64,000 nucleotides of DNA from contig NC_088857.1 in NCBI RefSeq assembly GCF_963853765.1, forward strand, positions 28,086,001 to 28,150,000, read 5' to 3'. The notes beneath the pieces were generated by a model. The model ran no database searches. It saw nothing but the letters and a program-made list of their open reading frames with translations, and was not told where the DNA came from. Source of the stretch: Magallana gigas (Eukaryota). This document shows, in pieces, positions 36,005-47,000 of the stretch. The translations under genes and the position numbers were made by a program. How positions within the stretch are numbered: the first letter of the stretch is position 1; each line of letters begins with the position of its first letter.

Positions 36005-37884
36005 CCGCGCATGCCCGGTTATATAGTTGTATTAAACAAGAGTTATGGATCTTGCAACAATGACAGTTAACAAGAGTTATGGATCTTGAAACATTAACAT
36101 AACACCTATGCTTAAAATAACCTGGTTTATCCAGAGATGATAAACCCTAGTAATTAAGGTAATAAAAGTTGAAGTTTACGCCTTGTTGGTGCTGTGTCCT
36201 TTGAACGTCACGACTTGAAATAAATATGTACAAGTTTATTCTTGACCATTTTTTACAGCCGTTAAGGAATTCCATAGACAATTATAAAACCGATGCATGG
36301 ATATTTTATTTTTAAATATGAATACAATTTAATGTATCTAACAAAAAAGATGCAAACGTACGAGTAGGCCTTCTGATCTGGCACTGAAAAAAAATTAAAT
36401 ATTACCGCTTATCTTCATCTATCATTGTGTTACATGTCTAGTTATTTCATGGTGTCTTTTTGTAAAGGTATATGTACGCTTCGAAAAACCCTATATTGTC
36501 CAGACTTTAGTTATACCATATTACATCATGAAAGAAATTCAATCCTCAAACTTCCTGTTTATTTACTAGATCCTTGCCTTAAGTAAAAATAATTGTTACC
36601 TGAGAACTACTTTTTTTTCATAAGGATTGTTTACAATTTCGTACAAAGAACTATTTTTTTATCACGAGGATTGTTTACAATTTCGTGAAAAGAAAGCCTT
36701 CCATGACTCTTAGACCAGATAGGTATTATATTGTTATCTCTAGAATAAAGGGGTGAAATGAGTTGTGTGTAACTCAAAAGATCAAATTCTTGAAATGTGG
36801 TAGATGTTGTATTGTTATCGTGTGGAAATATATTTTCTTATGCAATCCATACTTTAACTTCAGAGACACATTAATTATATTGTATGTATCAAATTACCAA
36901 TGAAAACAAATCATGGATTGTGTCTGATCAATAATGATATACTTGAACTTATGTCATTCACAATTAATTTGCATGAAGAACGGCACTATATACACTGTTG
37001 TAAACTTTAGTTTTATTTTATTTTTAAAATGCACTTCATATATTATCAAACTACCAACTTTAATTTTACATTTACTCCTAGAATACAGAGTTTAAGTTTC
37101 AGTTTATTGCATATATAACGACCATCAAGGATGTAATACCTAAGTTGGAGTCGGAGCATCGAAGAACAACTGGAGGAGCGCAACAAGATGAAGCAGGAAC
37201 AAAAGTCAGGGTTTATTTCATTGGTTGAAACAAATAAAATATTCAGTCAAATTAATCAAAAGTAAAGAGTTATTATAAATTAAATCACGTTACAGATCTA
37301 CGATGCTTTCCAGAAAGAGATGTTTTTAAACCAATAAAATTCACAAAAATATCTATTTCACAAATTGCTCAACAAATTGAATCTCTGTGACAGTCATGCA
37401 TTTCATGATGTTCCCCACAAAGATGCAACTATCATTTATATACTTGATATATAATTATGTCAATTTTTACTATGGAAATTTGGATGTATAAACTCTTGAT
37501 TTAAGCTTTTTAATAATCAATTTATATAAAAATATGCATAGCAATTTTTTATTATGAATAAATTTTTTGCAGAAGAGTTATGTTTCTTTTGGAAACAGAG
37601 AAAAGTCTAGTTAATTTGACGATTGCTTAAAAAGTTAAAAATGATATAGGAAACATCACATCCAGATTTTTGTTAATTTTTTCAATAGTTTGAACATAGT
37701 TTTAGGTACTTTAGTGTTGAATTTTCAAAATGTTCCTAATAAATGTATTCTTTTCTGTTAGTTCTCTTTATAGGTAACCCTTATGATGTCTCAGTGATAA
37801 GCCTGAACCATTACTAAGTTCAAGTAGATAATTCACCTGTTATTTACTAATTATTGTACCAGTAATTACCACTTATTTATGTAG

Positions 37885-38390
37885 GGCAGTTGTTTCTCGC
37901 ATTATCACCGGTGTGAGATCGGTTTGTCCGGTGTGAGACAGCAGTGTGAGATTTTTCTGTCTCGCACTGTATAACAAGTACTACGCCGCTTTGATACATC
38001 TGATACATCTGTTGTCTGCTGTAGGGAAATGCAAAATGATGGATTACGATTATCCATTAGGTAATTTTTTTGCTTAATTAATTAAAAGTTATGATATTTT
38101 CATTAAAAAACTGTCGTATGCTCTCATTTAGACTTGCACTATTTGAAGCACACGGAGGGATAAACCGAAAGTAATTTTTTAACGTCATAACATAAATTTG
38201 TCAGACATCGTTTTTAATGTAAAATAATGCGAGAGAAATAATCATTCATTATGTACTCGTGTGTGATAGTGATATTCCTTAATGGGGCCAAGATTCACGG
38301 TCCAGGACTCGGCAGAGCCTTGTTCTAGACCGTGAATCTTGACCCTCTGTGGAATTTCACTATCACACACTCGTAATAATGAAAGATTCT
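37885..38390. mobile_element. Repeat-like element with nested inverted repeats
   Basis: Arms 38259-38278/38351-38370 (19/20 match) and 38289-38305/38325-38341 (16/17 match) around ctcggcagagcct; also tttctcgcattat (~37893) / ataatgcgagagaaa (~38224). Confidence 0.5.
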
Positions 38391-38499
38391 ATTAGTATAC
38401 CCCCTTAGCTGTGGCTTTGCCAGTTTACCTGTATGGCGACCTAAAGTCTCGGTTCACTCGTGCGTGAAGTCCAGCGAGTTTTAATCTAACTTTGTAATC

Positions 38500-39290
38500 A
38501 AAACAGAGGCTAGGGCGTAGGGTAGCAGAAGGAACAGGAAAGAAGGTTCAAAGAGCAAAAACCAATTACAATGTCCAACAGTAATTACGGCTTTACCCCT
38601 GTGGTTAAGAATCAAAAGTAAGCAAGCATCACTAATAATTTCCAGTTTAATGGGACAACTGAGGAGGATTGGATATCAGAAAAAAAAATTGAACAGCAGC
38701 AAAATTTGAATTCTTATTTCATGTGCTTTTCACAAAGTGAGGCATCCAGTACTGGTAGGTTTCTCAATTATTCAGGATTGGATCAATGGGTCAGATGCAG
38801 GGTTCTTCAGGATCTAGACCACCATCAGGGACAAATAATAAACAGTCTTTTGATCTACTAGTACTTGACTCATTTCTCATCAGCGTTTTGCAACTAAAAA
38901 TGTTTCTAACTCAAATGAAAAGTAGTGACTCACAAGGGGCAAATTCTCCAGTAAACAATATCTTTTAATTCCATGAACAAAAAAGAAAAATTAGCCCTTT
39001 AGACCACATACTATATCAGGCTTAAGCGTGATGCCATGACAACCAGGAATAATGGGTAATCAGGGCTTTATGGGAAAACAAGGCATGATGGGAAAGCAAG
39101 GAATGATAGGAAATCAAGAGTTTATTCGACAAAAGATTATGATGGGATAACCTCCTCCTAAAAAACAAGGACAATTTGATACATCGATGAACAGCATGAA
39201 TTTCTGCCAGAAACAGAGATCCAGCAATGCATTAGAATATAAAATTAACATCAATGCCATCTCAGATGTTTTAAATCAAAATTAGAGGTA
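38500..39290 (+). pseudogene. Decayed coding-like relic with G-x-M-G-x-Q repeats
   Basis: Four 18-bp units at 39046-39117 (GIMGNQ GFMGKQ GMMGKQ GMIGNQ) inside Q/G/S-rich reading fragments broken by stops; parent gene not recognised. Confidence 0.35.
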
Positions 39291-41052
39291 CACTAACGTA
39301 CATCATATTTGTACAATTATTTTGGGAATTGGCTTTTGATTTTGTTATTCAATTGAATTCATGTTGATTATATAATGCCAAATAGAGGTATATATTTTTA
39401 CGGAGCAGTGTGATATTGAAAGGTATTGTTTCTTTAGTTACTTCATTTTAGTCATAAGAAAATTAAATTGTTGATTTCCAATTTTATTTTATTAATATAT
39501 GTAGTCATGAATCAGGAAATTATACATGTTATTCAGTGACATATTTAGCATTGTACAACAATGGAAGCACTTGTCATAGTATCAATAAGGATTTTTTCAT
39601 AGCACTATGAGACGATTTAAGGCTTATTGACAGCAAAGTATCGTGTGCATGCAATATATGAACAAGTTTAATGTCATTTGTTTAGTCTTCATGATTTTTC
39701 AATGTGTACAACATTAAAGAAAGACTAGTTTTAATGAATTTCCCGTCATCTCTGCACTCAATCTTGATTTATGCACTGATATGGGTCGTTGGTCTAAGAG
39801 TTTATGTATTTTAATTTCCAATCCTTCCGATACAATGTTCATTGTTTGAAATTAGGTAACTCCTAAAACATATTCAATTCGTGTACATTTCAAATTGGAA
39901 TATTTACTAAAAATGATTTTATCTTAGCTATGTTAATAAAAGTGCAATTATTTTTAAAAACTTTTGTCCCATCTACAAAATTTGCCCCCCCCCCCCTGAA
40001 AAAATTAAGAAGGCCGTTTGATCAACAAATTAATCATAAACTTCACATGAAAATCGAAATGATATTTTTAGCTATAAACTTTTATCTAGGAACAATTTTT
40101 GAAAAATATATTCGTTTTTAAACTTAGATATTTATATACTTATACCGAGTATATGTTAAGATGATTACTATAATTTAAGAATGATATAGTCATTTTGCTA
40201 GTTCGACAAAACTTGTAGGTGAATAAATGATTTAGGAACAGAAAGGTGAAGTACGACAGGACTTTTTGTGCAACGTTTATAACATAATAAGACATAAACA
40301 TATGTGTCAATCATGTAATTAAAGTTACAAATGAACTTTTTGTTATTAACAAAGTACGATTCACAATAAAAAAAAAACTATGGAAATGTTATTTTTTGTG
40401 ATTCCTGGTTTACAATAGAGTCCGAAGGTTGCTCTTTTATCTGAAACTGTAAAGAAAAAAGATATTTATACAACTATTATATTTTATTCTTATCAAATTT
40501 TATTAAAATGAAGTTTAGATTAAATAAAAGACGTGTACTATAGTATGTTCACAGAAAGAATAATTGTTTATACAAACTTTAAATTTCATACAATCTGTAA
40601 AAAGAAAATAAGCATTAACATCCGTGTATAAGAGAAACAGTCCTTTTTAAAAAAAATGCAATTTTCTGAGAATCAAATTGTTGTTATTTGAATTATAAAT
40701 TGATAAGAACATATAAAAAAAAACACAATTCAAATGAAAATATTAAACATGTAAAACACAAAAATCAAAAACATGTAAAGCTCATCACATTCATTCATCT
40801 TTCACTCAAAAGATTAACTACAAAATTGAAAAAATTCAACGACAAAATTCAATACGTCATTAAGAAATAAAGGTAACATGTACGTAGCTGCAGCACAATA
40901 AACAATTTTAAGTTGTGAAAAGATTAATTATACATAAAATTAAACATAGTTCATCGTAATAAAATCAGACATTATTGTCAATTTTATGCACATTTTTTAT
41001 ACGTAAATAGAGGAACTGATTCATTAAATAAGTGTTTTAAGTTCATACTTAC

Positions 41053-41063
41053 TTATAATTGGA
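41053..41063 (-). CDS. Putative 11-nt micro-exon
   Basis: TTTTTTACAG|TCCAATTATAA|GTAAGT with a long upstream polypyrimidine tract; phase 2->1 fits the previous exon (I-P-I-I). Confidence 0.55.
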
Positions 41064-44000
41064 CTGTAAAAAAGTAACGTTTTTAAAGAAGGAGATAAAA
41101 TCAATAATTAAAAGGAAAGAAAGAGGGAGAAAAGTACCCTATACCAATAGTAAAAATTGTTCGAAAACTTTATTATCGACATTTACAGTTTATAAACCCA
41201 CAGTAAAACATTCTTATCTTATCAAAAGATAAAAGAGGTTCTTACATGCAGGCCACTGTGTAGTTGTTAAACTCATGACACCTGTATCCAGGGGAACACA
41301 CGCTCTGGGAATTCATAATGGAACATCCGTCAGTGGAATTGGTGATAATAACTGAATAAATGGTGTGACAATCAACATACTGAGAGGATTTGTTTTATTT
41401 AGACAAGAAGTCATTCAAATAAAGCAGCAACACAATTGTATTTTCATCAAGCGGTTAAAAATTCAAGTTTTGAGGGGAAAAAAACCGATAAAATACTATA
41501 CAGTAATTATTTGGGGCAAGTCTAAGTTGAATACATTTCTTATGCCAATATTTTTTAAAGAAATGTTCTGAAAAACATCAATCTTGCAAACTGCAACTTC
41601 AACAAACAACAACCGTCTACTTAATAAACGACATATATTGTTCAACATGGAATAACCAATTACAATTCAACTTTACCAAGACTGAGATTTTGAATTTAAG
41701 GTTGTGTTATTTTGAAAAAAAAGTATGCAGGTTTTACTATTCTCACCGGTGCCAGCAGACGAATTGAATGATGCTGATGTTACGTTCACAACCTCGCCGG
41801 AGTAGTTGACAAAGGCTAGACCGTTCACAAGCTTATAAACAGTGTCCACTACCTGAACCTTGGATACAGGATCATCCGGAATAATGAGATCAAAGTCAAC
41901 AATAAGACTTCCCTTCCTTTACAAAAAATATTTAAGTGATTATAGTTATAAAAAAAAGATTAAGCGCTTGTTATTCATGTTTTCTGGATTTTGATGAGCC
42001 CGGAAATTGGTATAATAAATGCTACTTTATAAAATCTGAAAAAATAACATTTTCGAATATATTCATTTTTAGCAAAAAAGAAATTAAACACCCCAATTCC
42101 ATCATCAAAAAGTGACGCAAGCGAAAAAAGAACTACCACAATCCATTTATTTGAGACACCTTACTACACCGAGACTCATACGTCACAATGTGGCGGTTTT
42201 AAATGTTCTGTTATATTGTTTGGATCATTTGATTTGGTATCATATTATCATACCCAGTGGTTAATTATAAAGTAACGAGTTTGTTAACGGTAGATCAAAA
42301 GTTTGAATCCGCCTTTAGATTTTGTTCATATTTACTTAATTGAATTTCTGAAAATCATTATATTTCATCCAAAATTGCACATTTTTTCGCTTCTTGTGCA
42401 TCATGCTATCTATCATTAATCAACTAATTTACTGCTGGTTTAAGAATCTATTTCAATGTGTAAAGAGCCATCTTAAGTGTTGAACATTGAGCTACAATGT
42501 GTTCGCTGAATCGTGAACTACCTCTGTAACATACTTAAAGGGCGTCAAATAGAATTATATCAATTATTGCAATACACAATAAAGTTAACAGTGCACTAAC
42601 AATTTATTAACATAATCAAGGTTTGAAAAAAATTACATATTTAATTTAACGCCACTTATATTTGTTTGGATGGCAAAAATGCAAAATCCAAAAAAAATGG
42701 CTTGAAGTAAAACACACGTATTTCTAGTCGAGTAAAACAAAATATGGTTGTTTAAATATAACCATAAAAAATAATAAATGCATGTGTATTAAAAATTAGA
42801 CTTAAACAAGCATAACAAACCAAAAATATCACAATCATGTTAAATGCATACTTTATTTCGAGTTAGATGTTTTCAAATTCAAGACAAGATTTTACTGTAC
42901 TTAATACGTAACGCAAGCACACTTTTACCTTTCTTGTTGAATTCTATTTGTTTTATGTTTGAAATGCATAAGATACACTAATGCAGTTTATTTCACTTAA
43001 TATTCATTTTTTTTGTTATTGTTCATATCTCGTTTAACCACATGTTGTACGCTTTCCCTGAGCAAAGCTTCGAAGCGCAAAAAAGCATTGAATTTATGAT
43101 AGCTTCGCAGAATATACGTTACTTAAAACAATTTTATATCATACAGCAGACCACGATCTGGCAGCTGGTATTTATAATGAAATTCTTAACTTAAAAAACC
43201 TACGATACGATCAAAATGATGGTATAGAACAATTCAACATGAAATATACGTACCGTAGACTGTGTATGATCACTGTAGATCCTGGTATCGTGGAATACAT
43301 TTCTGTTAACTGCAAATATATAGATATATTTACAGTTTTCAGTGTCTTTGTCTGTGATACCACTACGAATCCATTTTGACATTTATTATTATGAAAACAT
43401 CAAATACGGTCGGTCGGGATCAAACCAACCCTAAAGCTCTTAATTCAGGCTTTATTAGTTTTGATCACCCTGACCGTGTTTGATCACCCCATTTTATACA
43501 AAGAATGATTCCTAAAGTAGACAGAATGTAGGTAGACAGACAGAGATATATTTATAACGATTTTATACTTACGGCAATATATACTTTACTTTTAACGGTG
43601 TTGTAATCAGTGCTTGAAGACAAATCTTCTGATATTGTTACGTCTAGTTTTAATTCAATTGTGAATTTCGTTAAATATGATTCTAAAAAATAAACATAAT
43701 TCCAGTTTATCATAATATTAATGAACCTGTTTTAATATACTCTGTAAAATGAGTTTTATTTCTATGAAAATGACAAAAAGCAAATCTACCAGTTAGACTA
43801 AAAATATCATAAAACTACATTAAGTTCGAATCTCAGTGTTGAATATTTCTTTATCTCAATACCATACAAATATTTTTGTATTTGTTATGAGATTATGTAG
43901 CTGAACTTCGAGTGTTGTCAACACTAAAGAATTTTACATAAAATCTGGCGGCATATACTTCAAGATAATAGATGCCAAGTACCCTCAATAAGATACAATC

Positions 44001-47000
44001 TAACTTTATATTAAATAAAGCTATTTTGAATATCACGATGGATCATTAAGTTTTTGTTGCATAAAATAAAAGGATATCATATTTTGGATAAAATTCATTT
44101 TATACCTGTAGAGCAGGTAGTTCCATTGAATTCCAAAGGACACTGACACTGGAATCTATTGGTCAAATCAATACAGGTTCCGTTGTTATTACACGGGAAG
44201 GAAGCGCACAGATCGACGTCTAAAGTAAATCAAGTAAAGTAACTCCTGTGTTTCAGGAGCGTAAAAGCAGGGCAAAAAGATACCATCAAATTAAAATATC
44301 TAGTATGTAGTATTTCGTATGCAGGTCTTAATAGTAAAAACATTTCATAAAACATGTTTTGTTGTACTTAGCATTATACATGTAATTGTTCAATTTTTTA
44401 ATTTTCTGATTTAGTTATCATAGTCTGGATATTTATATTGATGTCGTCAATTAATTTGCCTCAGACTGTCTCTGGTAACTGGTCTCTAAAAATGAAGTTT
44501 ATTTATCGACAATTACAATTTACAAATATGAACATACCAATGCAATTGTGTTTTAGAAAAAAATTGAAAGGTATGCAACATCACAACATCTGCAGTAAAT
44601 TGTCAGAGAAAGTTTTGGTATTGCATATTTGCATCGAATATGTTTGAACATAGATTAGTAAATCCCAATGTTTTAGTGTGCTGTATATCACAAGGTTTTT
44701 TGTAGATATGAGATCTGTATCTATACGTACTAAATGTCAACCACTATTTACCAATCTGAATCTATACCATATTCTTAAGAGTTCAAGTGATAAATATCTT
44801 CTTTTGTTAAAGTCAATCGTAGGCATATAAAAAGTTAAAATAGTTCAAAGTATCAGAGTTAACGATATATTTTTTGAACATTAGATATGTATAATTTGTA
44901 TTAATCAACATTATTTATATTGCAATTGAACTTTATGATCTAATATGTTCATCCAGTCAGACGGAAAACTATAATGAAATTCAATTTAGACATACAAATA
45001 ACTCTCTTTTTTCAATTAGATCCGTTTGTACAGTTAAAATTAAAAACATGTGAATAATTAACATTTTTGTAAAAACATTAGCATTGTCAAAAATTAAATT
45101 ATATCCTAATTTACCAAATTCACAGTCTGTTCCATTAAACCCGTATGTACAGTTACAATTGTAACCATTGATCAGATCTATACAAGTTCCGTTGTTCTGA
45201 CAAGGTTCAGATGCACACTCATCCATATCTATTGTGATAAACGTTAAATATTCATTATTTCGAACAAAATTTTGGGTAAGGTTTCATTTGTGTAAATAAA
45301 AAGGGACACTCCTGTATGCTGAAATAAGATTATTTATCAACTAATGACTTTAGAACCCACAAACGTGCTTATTAAAAAGAAAAGAGAAAAAAAAATTATC
45401 AACAGATAGAGAAATAAAACCAATCATTTGACTTAACATAACTATTACCATTCGCACGAATTGTTTGCTTAAATCATATGTTGTATATATTAGATAATTA
45501 AAATCTTTAGAAAAAATTCAAAAATATAAACTGTCAACGAAATAACGAGTTTAAACTTTTTGTACCAAACCAAGCTTTCCTTACAAAGCCATGTAATCGA
45601 CCTACTTAAAAAAAACATGTGAAGAACTACATATCTAAATTTACCAATTTCACAGTTCGTTCCATTAAACCCATCTGTACAGTTACATTGGTAACCATTG
45701 ATCAGATCTGTACAAGTTCCGTTGTTCTGACAAGGTTGGGATGCACACTCATCAGTATCTATAGTAAAGGAGAGTACTTTATGTTTATCACTTAAGGCTT
45801 ACAGTATGTTGACACATCTACTTGTTTATATTCTTAAAAAAAAGCACACGTTTCCATTAATAGTACTTACTGTTTTCACAATTTGTTCCATTGAATCCCA
45901 CAACACAACTACATTGATAGTCGTTGACCAGGTCTGTACAGGTTCCATTGTTTTGACAAGGTAATGGTTGACACTCATCGATATCTAAAATTTCAAGAAC
46001 TTATGAAAGGACAGAAACAAAAAGAAATTATCTTTAATTTTGTGTCTATGTTTTAATGTTTGCCCTATAGACAATACATTTGTATTCATCTTTGTATCAC
46101 TTGAATAAAAAGTTAAAAGTTAAGCATTTAACCAACTAAATATTCTCTGAATGTGTACAAGAAATTTGATTCTTTGGTTAAAAGATTAACATAATGGAAG
46201 ACATATTTCAACTTACAGTTTGTGCAGTTCATTCCATTTAAAGACATCTCTATTGGGTCTTTGTATAAAACGAAACTATATTGCATTTATAGTGCTTACT
46301 GTTTTCACAATTTGTTCCATTGAATCCTGCAACACAATCACATTGGTAGTCGTTGATCAAGTCTGTACAGGTTCCATTGTTTTGACAAGGCTCTGGATTG
46401 CAGTCATCGATCTCTAGAATTAAAATAAATTATCAAAAATAAAAAGACTAAAAACATTCCTCGTTTTAATTATTGGATGTAGAAGTCCGTTTTTTACACA
46501 GTATCAATATTTCAATTGGAACACAAATAACAAAATATACTGACAAATCATACATCTCACATCATTCGAAACATTTAAAATAATATTCAAAATTTCATCA
46601 TTGCATTTTTCACCTTTTAATCTGAAAAAAATACTGCATTAATAGTTATTACCGTTTTCACAGTTTGTTCCATTAAATCCAGGAACACAATCACACTTGT
46701 AATCAGTGACCATGTCTGTACAGGTTCCGTTATTTTGACAAGGATTCGGAAGACAGTCATTGATATCTGTTCATAACCAAATGCAATTTATTGTAAAAAA
46801 GAAAAAAATGTTGTTGTTTATTGCCAACGAGTTTTAATTGTATTGAAAATGGATGAACACTAAAGTCATACTAAGAAAATAATAAAATATCTGATGAAGA
46901 AAAAAGCTTTTAATCTTTACATCTGTTCCAAACTAAGCATTTGCATTGCTTACTGTTATCACAATTTGTTTCATTGAATCCTGCAACACAATCACAGCGG

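Larger units (their letters stand above)
30508..36149 (-). mobile_element. Ngaro-type tyrosine-recombinase (DIRS-order) retrotransposon, full length but defective
   Basis: Split direct repeats in the order A1 (35942-36149) - ORFs - B1 (31307-31619) - A2 (31099-31306) - spacer - B2 (30508-30820); encodes gag, RT/RNase H, YR and SGNH hydrolase. Confidence 0.9.

Noticed and set aside
30508-36149. DIRS1-type structure or a domesticated recombinase gene
   Set aside because: Repeats are direct and split rather than inverted with an ICR, and the YR sits within a full retroelement.
37110-37215. Purine-rich plus-strand stretch resembling a coiled-coil exon
   Set aside because: Short, ambiguous frame, no supporting neighbouring exons.
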